Virus record (IMG/VR): IMGVR_UViG_3300035501_000922
Reading direction: 5' to 3' (one strand)
Origin: a virus
Lineage: Duplodnaviria; Caudoviricetes
Length of the DNA stretch: 64,000 nt
Shown here: positions 50,393 through 60,163 of the stretch, one piece after another
Numbering within the stretch: position 1 is the stretch's first letter
Layout of the letters: the number at the start of each line of letters is the position of its first letter
Notes under the pieces: model-generated
What the model was told of the DNA's origin: nothing
The model's database searches: none
Seen by the model: only the letters and a program-made list of their open reading frames with translations
Made by a program: the position numbers and the translations under genes

Positions 50393-51930
50393 TCAATAAT
50401 CCATTTCTTCCTCAGGAATCTCCATTTCCTCAGGACTAATAGCTGATAATCTCGATTCAAGTGAAGGAATAATATTACTATAGAGAATTTTATACAATTC
50501 ACGGTCATTCTTAAAATCTTGGTGCATATTCTTTAATGTAAACTTATGGTCCTTATTATCTGTGAGATAATATCCATTTCTATTACCACCAAGAACACCA
50601 ATCTCTTTTGCATAGTTAACTGATGACCTTAAAGAATCAATACCACGAACTTTATCGTATATTAATGGAACAACCTGACCGGCTTGGTTAGTTCTTGATT
50701 TGATTATCTCAAGTCTAACACCAAAACCATCAACTCCATCATCTTCCATATTATACTTTTCTCCACCAACAGCAACAAATTTAATCAATATATGTGCTAG
50801 GAATTGGGGCGTTTTTCCCAAAAATATTCATATAGATTCGTTACATCTATATCTGTTTATGCAGCTCTATGTCACCATAGAAGTTTAGACTATATCTTCA
50901 TCTTTATATTCTATCACCAAATATAAAGAGCTCTCCATTTCCACTCTACTTAGAGTGTACTCTACTCAGTTACTCACTTAGATATTTCTTCTAAGCTACC
51001 TTTTCGATAGTCGTTGAACCTTACTCTTATAAAGAGTCTTGGCTGCTGATTGCCTCCCTGAGACCTCCCAGCAATTAAGAGAGTTTGTCCAGTAGCTCAT
51101 GCTACATTGGGGCAGAAAATTTTACCCGGTAACGCCTCATCTTGTTTTAAGTATAATATCTCTGAAGGTGATTTAACGATACCCATATTCGGGTTAGTCT
51201 TAATCTGATTGATAGCTATGAGTGTAATGTTAGCCGTTCTAATATATGGCATAATTTCATTAAAGAATCTACCAATTTCTCCGGTTAATCTCATTCTATC
51301 AGTCTGGGTGCCTATCTCTTCAAGCTTAGCAAGATCCTTTTTATCATTTTCATTTAAACTCATTGTAATAGTAGCAATTGAGTCAAGAATAATAACAGAC
51401 GGGACATACAGTTCAATTTCTTCACCGAACTCATTCATCTTTCCCGTGTTATATTTATAAAGGTCTGGATTACTTGTTTTTTCTTTATAAAGTTCCATTA
51501 TGGTTTTTTTCATATCTTCAAGAGTTGATTTCTCTTGTCTTAAGATATACTTACCATTACTCATATCAGTCATACTAAATTTAGTAAGAGCCTGAATACG
51601 AGAATAGTTCATGGCTTGTTCAAGGTCAAAATGAATAACAACACCATTATCAAAATCACGTACAATATTAGAAGCAATCTGTACTGCTGTTGTAGTTTTT
51701 GATGTAGAGGGTTTACCAATAAATTCAACGTATGACCCTGCTGTAATTCCTATAGATGAATATGTATCCTTGAGATTATTATTTTCGTCAAATACATTTA
51801 CTTTGTATCCCAGATAATAGTCTAACACTGGGAATCCAGTTTTATAGGAAATAACCGAAGCATTACAATCAAAGTAATTATTTTTACCACTATTACTTCT
51901 TAACGCTTCTACTAAAAAATTTTTGCCCAT
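50393..51930 (-). CDS. recA: RecA/UvsX-like recombinase, 2 exons, about 410 aa
   Basis: TGFPVLDY.LG, GKPSTSKTT, FDLEQA, ILDSIA, INQI; exons 51930-51124 and 50818-50393 join as ALPG|GKTP. Confidence 0.85.
50819..51123 (-). mobile_element. Group I intron (ORF-less), 305 nt, in recA
   Basis: Core motifs; P1 GGGU/GCCC; P10 UUUUCU/GGAAAA. Confidence 0.9.
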
Positions 51931-51993
51931 ATTTAAATCAAATCCTTTCGTTTAAATTAATAGAGAGTTAAACGAAATTTGGGTTTTAATTGG

Positions 51994-52326
51994 TTATTTA
52001 TCATTTATCTTATATATAATTTCTGAAATTACGGACATGTAATCGCTACGACCTTTCAGTTGCTTAACTACATAATCTACTAATGTTTTATCATTATTAC
52101 GTGTATAATCAGTAGTTCCTGTTGACTTTGAAGTTACAGGTTGAGATTCTATGGTCCTGTCATAAGATGAAAGACAATCTTCTATTTTTCTGTTTTCTAT
52201 TTTTACTGATTCAGGTACAATTGCCATACCTTTAGAAACTACCGTGGTTTCACCGTTTACTTTTCCACTGATAATATCAAACGGATTTGTAAGTTCACTA
52301 TCTTGTATTCTATCTAAAATACTCAT
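51994..52326 (-). CDS. Hypothetical protein
   Basis: Start MSILD after GAGGAG. Confidence 0.7.
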   Translation of the reverse strand: MSILDRIQDSELTNPFDIISGKVNGETTVVSKGMAIVPESVKIENRKIEDCLSSYDRTIESQPVTSKSTGTTDYTRNNDKTLVDYVVKQLKGRSDYMSVISEIIYKINDK

Positions 52327-52374
52327 TAATATTCTCCTCTCAAAATAAAAAAAAAGAGATGTTGTCATCTCTTT

Positions 52375-52908
52375 TTATTTTTGTATTGCCATCGTATTGC
52401 CATAGAAATATATGAACAATGACAAGTAGTCAACGCTCAGGTCTATGTCCGATGGTACCATACTGTGATATACTTGACTATCTGGGGAATAAAATTTAAA
52501 TATATCAAAGTACTTCAACATATCCAAATTTTCAATAATATCGTTATTTAGCAATGACGATTCAAAAGCCGTATACTTACCAAGCTCAATTAAAACTCGG
52601 TCTGCATGTATATACACAGTTTCTTCTTCGTATTGTGTAGTTACGATATTGACTGTTTTTCTCCCAGTCAACGTATTATCCGATTTAGTCACGAATCCCG
52701 ATTCAACGAGCATATGGCCTTTGTGATCAACGGAAAATCTACCATATGCCTCACGAGATACATCTGTAGTTTTTTCAATAAACATTTCCATGTTTCGAGT
52801 TTTACGGAATTCATTCGCTAACTCTTTTTTATTGGTGAAGGCGTATATAATTGGATTATCATATACGCCTTTGGCATCACCAATTTTTAGGAAAATATAC
52901 AGTTTCAT
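52375..52908 (-). CDS. Hypothetical protein
   Basis: ATGA-coupled to DHH gene; YAFTNKK.LA..F...RNM motif. Confidence 0.7.
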   Translation of the reverse strand: MKLYIFLKIGDAKGVYDNPIIYAFTNKKELANEFRKTRNMEMFIEKTTDVSREAYGRFSVDHKGHMLVESGFVTKSDNTLTGRKTVNIVTTQYEEETVYIHADRVLIELGKYTAFESSLLNNDIIENLDMLKYFDIFKFYSPDSQVYHSMVPSDIDLSVDYLSLFIYFYGNTMAIQK

Positions 52909-53927
52909 TCCTGTTCGTCCTTGTAATCGTAATATACCCTTAGCCACTTAATGAAATCATCAGTGGAAAGGGAAGCACCCGCTGCCTTTTCATGTCCGCC
53001 GCCGCCGAGTGACGCTGCGATTACAGACACATCGGTAGTACTTGACTCGGACGCTCTGAATGAGAGTGCCCTATTCTTTGGATATAAGGCAACCACAAAA
53101 TCCATATCGGGGTAATCCCGATAAAGTTTCTCTGATTCAGCATTACCGAATTCTTCATCCGGTATGAAAATGATAGCCTTATACATTTTATTATTAATGA
53201 GAATCGGTGCCTTTTTCGCCCTTGAGCCTACTTTTTCAAGCATAGTTTCTCTTCTACGCTTATATGAGTCGATTAGGTATCTCTGTGCCTGGCTGAATAC
53301 GAATTTGTCGTCTCCTTCACTAGAGCACATATCAATCTGGGCTTTTAATGTTGCTGAGGCTTCTTCAAGCCCCACCTGATGAACTAGGATATTGTAATCC
53401 TCTTCATCGTAACATTTTGGGTGTTTCTTCCATTCCCATGTATCGTATCGACTAATATTGTCAGCGACACGATTAAGTATTGGTGAAACCCTTTCATCTA
53501 TATAATCAATCATTTCATTATATAGAATCTTCGTTGCGGAGATGGCGATACCATCCCCATCCGTAACTTGCACATGAGCCCACTCATAATGCTCGTTAAG
53601 ATGGTTCGTCTTATGATGGTCGAACAACTCTAAAGCGATGTCTTTCTCATCGCATAGGTTACTTAATCTCTCAGCCATGACATCACTGCACATGACATCG
53701 GAGATGAGAAGACCGTCGTAATTGAGATAACTGTCATCCTTAAAGAAGTACTTCTCGATTGCTTTATCAACCGATATTGCACCTGCATTACAGAATACAC
53801 GCTCCATCTCAATGCCAGTATACGACATTACCAAAACACATCCAACTGCATCAGTATCGTTGTGAGTGATATGCAGCAGACGACCTTCCTTAGAATTAGA
53901 GTTTAACAGCGACTTGATTGTTTTCAT
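52905..53927 (-). CDS. DHH/DHHA1 phosphoesterase (NrnA/NrnB-like)
   Basis: THNDTDAVG, ISD, FDHH, YDTW, SFR, GGGGHEKAAG. Confidence 0.9.
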   Translation of the reverse strand: MKTIKSLLNSNSKEGRLLHITHNDTDAVGCVLVMSYTGIEMERVFCNAGAISVDKAIEKYFFKDDSYLNYDGLLISDVMCSDVMAERLSNLCDEKDIALELFDHHKTNHLNEHYEWAHVQVTDGDGIAISATKILYNEMIDYIDERVSPILNRVADNISRYDTWEWKKHPKCYDEEDYNILVHQVGLEEASATLKAQIDMCSSEGDDKFVFSQAQRYLIDSYKRRRETMLEKVGSRAKKAPILINNKMYKAIIFIPDEEFGNAESEKLYRDYPDMDFVVALYPKNRALSFRASESSTTDVSVIAASLGGGGHEKAAGASLSTDDFIKWLRVYYDYKDEQE

Positions 53928-54033
53928 TTAAATCATCCTTTCTAGATTTTGCAACCGATTCCTTTGTACAAAAGAATGGTTTGTACGCCTTGTTAATAAG
54001 TTTTTCAAGACTTGTCATAAAGTCATCATTCAT
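53896..54033 (-). CDS. Small hypothetical protein
   Basis: Fills gap in operon, start MNDDF directly after upstream stop. Confidence 0.45.
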   Translation of the reverse strand: MNDDFMTSLEKLINKAYKPFFCTKESVAKSRKDDLNENNQVAVKL

Positions 54034-54034
54034 A

Positions 54035-54373
54035 CTAGAATGTAAACCGGTATCCGTTTTTTCCACTATTCGAATCTCCTCTCTCCAATATTCCAACTTC
54101 TACAAGAGTATTGATAGATTTCTTCACATCTTTCACATCCATATTGAGAGTGTCGGCAATGCGTTTCTTTTCAATAATCTTGTAGTTTAAAGGGTCAGGT
54201 GTGTTATTCCTGTAGAACGACGGTTTCCATCCATTAAGTTCAGTAAGCAGGAATAACACAATCCTTAAATCTTTTTTCCCAAGTTTATCATTATAAACTA
54301 CCCATTCAAGAAGTTCATTCTTGGGAATCGACACTGTATCTTTTTGTTGATACACACATCTGCTGTTTGCCAT
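54035..54373 (-). CDS. Winged-HTH DNA-binding protein
   Basis: DLRIVLFLL...KRIADTLNM..KDV.KSINTLVEVGIL; early motif 54406..54416. Confidence 0.7.
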   Translation of the reverse strand: MANSRCVYQQKDTVSIPKNELLEWVVYNDKLGKKDLRIVLFLLTELNGWKPSFYRNNTPDPLNYKIIEKKRIADTLNMDVKDVKKSINTLVEVGILERGDSNSGKNGYRFTF

Positions 54374-54437
54374 TGGTTTTACCTCCTAATAATTTATTCA
54401 TTAAAATAATATATAACTATAATTAAGCGTTATTCGT

Positions 54438-55622
54438 TTATACCACGATTATAATTGATTCACTTGCTCTTGTAATTGCAGTATAATTAAGTCGTTTTTC
54501 ATCTTCTTTATTTCTCATGATATTTTCTGCTAAATAAAGAACTTTATTCCACTCACTACCTTGTGATGAATGTGTTGTTATTGCATACGCAAATTCAATC
54601 TTATCATTAAAGATATCAGTAAATGTCTTTTCTTCAGGTTCTTGACCCGGGATTTCATATAAATGCTGATAATCAAAAGTAACATTCTTAAAGCATTTAT
54701 TAGTGAAATCTGGTCTAAAGTCTATTGTCATGGTTTTACCATTAAAACTATCTCTATACACATTATCAACAAAACCGGTTGTTCCGTTTGTCATATAGAT
54801 ATTACCATCAATACATTTATCCCAGTTATTCTTTCTGCACATTACTTTTTCTCCAATATGAGGATAATCAAGTTTTTTGATTTGCTTCAAATCTTCTCTA
54901 ACGTACTTATTGATATTATAACGTAATCTATTAGTACAGGTTAAAATAATATCAGAATTTCTGAAGTAGAATTCTGTCAAATCTTGTTTATTAATAACTG
55001 CTGAATTACCATATACACCAGTTTTTAATTTATTACCTGCTAGTATTTCCTGTGATAACCAAATAATTGGATTACCTTCAGATTGTCTCATAATCTGTGT
55101 TAATATTACATCAGGGTTTCTTAAAAAGAAAGACTTACCAAATACTGGTGGTAACTGATTTAAATCACCTAATACAATGATTGGTATACCGAAACTCATC
55201 AAATCCATTGCAGTATGTTCATCAACCATTGAACCTTCGTCTACTACAATTAACTTAATCTTTTTATCTAAGTGGTCTTTCTTAATAAACTTAGAAACAA
55301 GTTTTGGCTTTCCATTTTCTCTAAAGATAATTTTACCATCATCATCTCTAGCTAAAACTTTTTCATAGTCATAAATAGTTGAGTGTATAGTCCTAGCAGG
55401 TAGACCATTTCTGGCCAATCTACTTGCAGCTTTTCCCATAAAAGCAAGAAATAATACTTCTTTATAATCTAATCCAATTCTTTCAATAAGATAATTTACC
55501 AGTGTACTCTTTCCTGTTCCTGATGCTCCAGAGATTTGAAATAGTTGCTCTGTACTGGAATTCCACCATTTTTCCATATCGTATACAGCATATATTTGCT
55601 CATTATTAAGTTCTATACTCAT
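54438..55622 (-). CDS. SF1B helicase (Dda/RecD2-like)
   Basis: GASGTGKST, TIHS, VDEGSMV, GDLNQLPPV, IMRQ, YAITTHSSQGSEW, YTAITRA. Confidence 0.95.
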   Translation of the reverse strand: MSIELNNEQIYAVYDMEKWWNSSTEQLFQISGASGTGKSTLVNYLIERIGLDYKEVLFLAFMGKAASRLARNGLPARTIHSTIYDYEKVLARDDDGKIIFRENGKPKLVSKFIKKDHLDKKIKLIVVDEGSMVDEHTAMDLMSFGIPIIVLGDLNQLPPVFGKSFFLRNPDVILTQIMRQSEGNPIIWLSQEILAGNKLKTGVYGNSAVINKQDLTEFYFRNSDIILTCTNRLRYNINKYVREDLKQIKKLDYPHIGEKVMCRKNNWDKCIDGNIYMTNGTTGFVDNVYRDSFNGKTMTIDFRPDFTNKCFKNVTFDYQHLYEIPGQEPEEKTFTDIFNDKIEFAYAITTHSSQGSEWNKVLYLAENIMRNKEDEKRLNYTAITRASESIIIVV

Positions 55623-55717
55623 TCATATCACCCTCTTATAAAAATTAAAGTAATGTAATTTATAGTATAAGAATAAAAAATAAAGGACTGACAAGTAAAT
55701 CGTCAGTCCTCATGAAA

Positions 55718-56272
55718 TTACAATCTAATTATTTTTGTATTCTCATCAAATGCATTCTTATCAACAATCGTATTTTTAGGTATTATAACACTTTCCAAAG
55801 ATATACAATTATGAAATGCACCGTTATAAATATGTGATATAGTATTTGGTATTGTGATGTTCTTTAAAGATTTACAAGCATAGAATGCCCAATAATCAAT
55901 AACTACTACTCCCTTAGGTATTACAACGTTATCGAGTGAAGTACAGCACCAAAATGTTTCTTTATTAATGTGTGTTATTCCCTCAGGAAGTGTAATTGAA
56001 GTGAGGGACCTACATTGTGCAAACACTCCCTCACCGATATGTGTAGTACCTTTATTCATTGTAACGGTAGTTAATTCTTCACAAAATTCAAATGTATAAT
56101 CTTCAATTTTTGATACACTTCCGGGAATTGTAACTGTAGTAATCGAATTACAATAACTGAATGCCTCTTTATCAATTAATGTTATACCTTCAGGTACAAT
56201 AACATCTCTAATGTCTTTATCAAGACACTCAGTAAGAATTTTAATTTCCTTAACTTTAAATATTTCTTCCAT
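55718..56272 (-). CDS. BspA-type leucine-rich repeat (LRR_5) protein
   Basis: Repeats IPxxVxxIxxxAFxxCxSL. Confidence 0.9.
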   Translation of the reverse strand: MEEIFKVKEIKILTECLDKDIRDVIVPEGITLIDKEAFSYCNSITTVTIPGSVSKIEDYTFEFCEELTTVTMNKGTTHIGEGVFAQCRSLTSITLPEGITHINKETFWCCTSLDNVVIPKGVVVIDYWAFYACKSLKNITIPNTISHIYNGAFHNCISLESVIIPKNTIVDKNAFDENTKIIRL

Positions 56273-56297
56273 GATATATTCCTTTCCCAGAGTTTGA

Positions 56298-56849
56298 TTA
56301 TACTCTGATTAATTTTGTATGCTTATCAAACGCCTCATTGTTAATATCTGTTATACCTGAAGGTATTACTGCAGATTCAAGCGATTCACATTTACCAAAT
56401 GCACGATATCCAATATGAACCACGCTATTTGGAATTACTACAGACTTAAGTGAACTGCAGCCACCAAATGCCCATGGTCCAATATAGTTCACGCTATCTG
56501 GTATTATAATAGACTCAAGCGAGGTACAGTTTTTAAATGTAGCGTGCCGTATAACTGTTACTTTATTCGAAATTGTAGCAGACCTGAGTCTGCTACAATC
56601 AGAAAACACCCATGAACTAATACTCATTACACTATCAGGAATCACAATGGATTCAAGTGATATGCAGTTTCTAAATGCACTCATCCCAATATCTCTTACA
56701 CTGTTTGGAATTGTAACAGATTTGAGGAATGCACAACTGCCGAATGCCCATTGCCCGATACTTGTTACTCCATCCGGAATAACTACATTCTCAATGTTAG
56801 TATCCCTACATTCCAAGAGAATAGTTTCAATTTTTAAAGCTTCACTCAT
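56298..56849 (-). CDS. BspA-type LRR protein
   Basis: Same 23-aa repeats with shared caps. Confidence 0.9.
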   Translation of the reverse strand: MSEALKIETILLECRDTNIENVVIPDGVTSIGQWAFGSCAFLKSVTIPNSVRDIGMSAFRNCISLESIVIPDSVMSISSWVFSDCSRLRSATISNKVTVIRHATFKNCTSLESIIIPDSVNYIGPWAFGGCSSLKSVVIPNSVVHIGYRAFGKCESLESAVIPSGITDINNEAFDKHTKLIRV

Positions 56850-56871
56850 AATATGCTCCTTTTTTTAAATT

Positions 56872-57633
56872 TCAAGTTCTGATTATTTTGATGGTGTCAT
56901 CAAATGCTGTATCATCAATCTCTTTCACCGAAGAGGGGATTGTAATAGACTCGAGCGATGGACAATTGCGGAAGGCATCTATATCAATCTTAGTCACACC
57001 ATTCTGAAGTGTAACTGAATTAAGTGATGAACACTGTTCAAATGCCCAACCGGGAATAGTTTCTACAGACCGTGGTATAGTAATACTGATAAGGGATGTA
57101 CATTTACTAAATGCAAAATCACCAATACATATTAAGCTATCAGGTAGCTCAATACTCTTAAGAGAACTACATTCGGTAAATGCACTCGCAGATATCTCCT
57201 TTACTTTATTAGACATTTTAACATCTAATAATGATTCACAACTATAAAATGCGCCCCTCTGAATCTGTACTACACTATCAGGCATTGTAACTGATAGTAA
57301 AGATGTACAATGGTCAAATGCAAAGTCATCAATACGGATTAGACCATCAGGTATTTCAACCTTTTTAAGTGATTTACATCCAGAAAATGCACTTGCACAA
57401 ATGTTTGTTATACCTATAGGTAATATAATAGACTCAAGAGACATACAATTACGAAATGCATTGACTCCTATGAATTTTACACTATTAGGTATTGTGATAG
57501 ACTTAACGTAATAACAATCTTCGAATGCCCCAGAACCAATAACTCCTATGCCTTCTGGAATAGTTACTTCTGTAACTTTACTATCAAGGCATTTAATAAG
57601 AACATTGTTTCCAATCATTAAAGTATTATTCAT
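56872..57633 (-). CDS. BspA-type LRR protein
   Basis: Same repeats; early motif 57697..57707. Confidence 0.9.
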   Translation of the reverse strand: MNNTLMIGNNVLIKCLDSKVTEVTIPEGIGVIGSGAFEDCYYVKSITIPNSVKFIGVNAFRNCMSLESIILPIGITNICASAFSGCKSLKKVEIPDGLIRIDDFAFDHCTSLLSVTMPDSVVQIQRGAFYSCESLLDVKMSNKVKEISASAFTECSSLKSIELPDSLICIGDFAFSKCTSLISITIPRSVETIPGWAFEQCSSLNSVTLQNGVTKIDIDAFRNCPSLESITIPSSVKEIDDTAFDDTIKIIRT

Positions 57634-57772
57634 AATATACTCCTTCTCTGTTTTAAAGTCTTTAATCAGCTGACTTAGTTAATGTTTTACGCATAAATAA
57701 TGTATAAATATTTATGTATTGTAAAACCGCTTAAAAACAATGTTTTAAGGTGAATTGGAAAGGAATGATAGT

Positions 57773-58180
57773 ATGATTACACATATGACTATAGATGTGG
57801 ATTTAAGTAAGAAAGTTTTAGGTATTGTAACACAGAATACTCCTCCCGTTTCAATCGGAGAATCAGTACCTGTTTTTATACCGATGATAATGTGTAACGT
57901 TGAAAATGGTTCTGAAGAACCTAAAACTTCATATATTAACACATATGGTAGTACTATTTTTAAAAATGATAGTAATTGTAAACCTAAGGCATCATCCACA
58001 TTAAAACAACAAAATTATATTTTAGCAAAAAAAGAAGATAATACTAATCTTTCTAGACTACTAGATAAAGATGATGATATAGATGGATATGTGTTACCAA
58101 AAGGAAGCAAAGTAGAAATTAGCTTTGTGCATGGTAAATTATCTGCTGTTACATTTAATACTAACTATTTATTTGATTAA
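57773..58180 (+). CDS. Putative baseplate/structural protein
   Basis: Late motif 57736..57747; VFIP.IM...V.ISFVHG pattern; adjacent to gp53-like gene. Confidence 0.45.
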   Translation: MITHMTIDVDLSKKVLGIVTQNTPPVSIGESVPVFIPMIMCNVENGSEEPKTSYINTYGSTIFKNDSNCKPKASSTLKQQNYILAKKEDNTNLSRLLDKDDDIDGYVLPKGSKVEISFVHGKLSAVTFNTNYLFD

Positions 58181-58193
58181 GGTGGTGATATTA

Positions 58194-58589
58194 ATGTCTA
58201 TTCCAGCTACAATGACAGCACAAATATCAGAAGCAAAGAAATTAGAAATATCATACAGAGTATTACACCCATCTGCTATACTAAAAGATGAATATAGCTC
58301 TCGTAATATAGAAATTCCATTTTCTTCTTTAACTAATAAATACAGAGATTTTTTAAATAAAATAGTAAAAACTATTGAATTGGATGATAAACTAATTGCA
58401 CGTTATAGATACAGACCAAAAATGGTTTCTTATGATTTATATGAAACAACTGAATTATGGAATGATATATTAATTCTTAATCATTGTTTTTCAACATATG
58501 AATTTCAGCCTAAAAAAATATCCGTTTATGACCCATCTAGTTTAAAAGAATATATAAATGAAATTTTGATTCTTGAGGGATTAATATAA
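58194..58589 (+). CDS. Baseplate wedge protein (gp53/LysM-like)
   Basis: YRYRPKMVSYDLYETTELW.DILILN. Confidence 0.7.
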   Translation: MSIPATMTAQISEAKKLEISYRVLHPSAILKDEYSSRNIEIPFSSLTNKYRDFLNKIVKTIELDDKLIARYRYRPKMVSYDLYETTELWNDILILNHCFSTYEFQPKKISVYDPSSLKEYINEILILEGLI

Positions 58590-58807
58590 ATAAAATTTTA
58601 TTATAAAAACATTTTAGTAATATATGTGGGTAAGGGGGAACCACAAGAGTTAAATTGGATAATGTTGGGGACATAGAAAAAATACAAAATAAATTAGATA
58701 AATAAAAGTAAATAAAAAGAATTATATGATGAAAATAATATATATAATAGAAGAACAATATAGTAATTCTAAATAATATATCATTCATGCTTTTTCTTGT
58801 CATTTAA

Positions 58808-58847
58808 ATGATAGAGATAACTTTATAAAGTTATCTCTATCATTTTT
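58808..58847. terminator. Perfect hairpin terminator
   Basis: ATGATAGAGATAACTT/AAGTTATCTCTATCAT followed by T-run. Confidence 0.8.
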
Positions 58848-58849
58848 AT

Positions 58850-58881
58850 CCGTAAATCCAGATTTTTGATTTATACATTAT
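58850..58881 (+). promoter_or_regulatory. Early-type promoter
   Basis: CCGTAAA-N14-TTATACATTAT. Confidence 0.65.
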
Positions 58882-58947
58882 TTATGTGTTAGCAATAACA
58901 AATAAAGTCAGCTGGTTAAAGACTTTAAAACAGAGAAGGAGTATATT

Positions 58948-59379
58948 ATGAAATACAACACACTGAAAATTGAAAACGGCATTCTCATTGAATGTCTCGA
59001 CAAGCACATCGAAGAGGTGCTTATTCCCGAGGGTGTAACTACCATTTGGATAGATGCATTCAAAGATTGTAAGTTCCTCAGAAGTGTAGTGCTGCCTGAG
59101 GGGACAGTCATCATTGATGACGGGGCATTCACGGATTGTGTTATGCTTGAGAATGTTGTCATTCCCGAGAGCGTATCTGTCATTGGGGAAGACGCATTCC
59201 GTGGATGCCAATCTCTCAAAGAAATCTCCGTGCCCAAAACAGTAACAAGAATTCGTAACGGGGCATTCTATGGATGTTCCGGACTTGAAAAAATTACGGT
59301 TGATTTCGAAAGAACACACATAGGGGGAGATGCATTCTTCGGGTGCAGATCCCTCAAATCTATCGTAAAACCCGAATAA
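58948..59379 (+). CDS. BspA-type LRR protein
   Basis: LKIENGILIECLD cap plus repeats. Confidence 0.9.
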   Translation: MKYNTLKIENGILIECLDKHIEEVLIPEGVTTIWIDAFKDCKFLRSVVLPEGTVIIDDGAFTDCVMLENVVIPESVSVIGEDAFRGCQSLKEISVPKTVTRIRNGAFYGCSGLEKITVDFERTHIGGDAFFGCRSLKSIVKPE

Positions 59380-59470
59380 CATTGGGTCAATCGATAAAGA
59401 ATCTAAATATAAGGGCTGGCGGTTATTATGTCAGCCCTTTATTTTTTATTTTAAGAAAGGATATCTAACT

Positions 59471-60163
59471 ATGAGTGAAATTCTAAAAATTAAAGATGGC
59501 GTTCTCATTGAGTGGCTTGACAGGACTAATGAAGAAGTAATCATTCCTGCAGGTGTGACAAAAATCGATGGATGTGCATTCGCCGGTTGCAGTTCGCTTA
59601 AATCTATTACGATACCCTCGACTGTAATAGATATTGGTAAGTATGCATTCTCTGTCTGTTCTCGTCTCGAATCGGTCACGATTCTTGGAGGTGTGACAAA
59701 AATCGATGGATGTGCATTCTCTAGTTGCCACTCACTCAAAGATATTGAATTACCCAAAAGCATAAGAACGATTGCTAAAATGGCATTCTATCAGTGTGAC
59801 TCGCTTTCAGAGATCACTATACCGGCAAGCGTGACAGATATAGGCTCTTATGCATTTGCTCATTGCTCTAAACTTAAATCTGTTACAATATGTGGCGGAG
59901 TATCAAAAATCTGTATAAACACATTTCATAAATGTTTCTCACTCAAAAAGGTCATAATACCGGAAACAGTGACAACTATTGAAATGGATGCATTTTCTGG
60001 ATGTGAATCGCTTGAGTCTATTGCATTACCTTCAAGTGTGACAGATATTCAGTATCATGCATTTTCTGGATGCCAGAATCTTAAAACTGTCATAATACCT
60101 AAAAACGTAACAGGCATTGATGACGAAGCATTCGATACTGGCGTGGAGATAATCAGAGTGTAG
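59471..60163 (+). CDS. BspA-type LRR protein
   Basis: LKIKDGVLIEWLD cap, repeats, IDDEAFD..V.IIRV end. Confidence 0.9.
   Translation: MSEILKIKDGVLIEWLDRTNEEVIIPAGVTKIDGCAFAGCSSLKSITIPSTVIDIGKYAFSVCSRLESVTILGGVTKIDGCAFSSCHSLKDIELPKSIRTIAKMAFYQCDSLSEITIPASVTDIGSYAFAHCSKLKSVTICGGVSKICINTFHKCFSLKKVIIPETVTTIEMDAFSGCESLESIALPSSVTDIQYHAFSGCQNLKTVIIPKNVTGIDDEAFDTGVEIIRV

Larger units (their letters stand above)
57629..58952. repeat. 48-bp inverted repeat pair (57629..57676 and 58905..58952)
   Basis: AAGTCAGCTGRTTAAAGACTTTAAAACAGAGAAGGAGTATATTATGAA, one mismatch. Confidence 0.9.

Noticed and set aside
41238-51930. Stop-codon reassignment or pseudogenisation explaining broken RNAP/RecA ORFs
   Set aside because: Breaks are fully explained by group I introns; other genes are intact in code 11 and use TAG/TGA as stops
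57629-58952. Invertase-controlled phase switch
   Set aside because: No site-specific recombinase nearby, and inversion would only swap equivalent early promoters; kept only as duplication evidence
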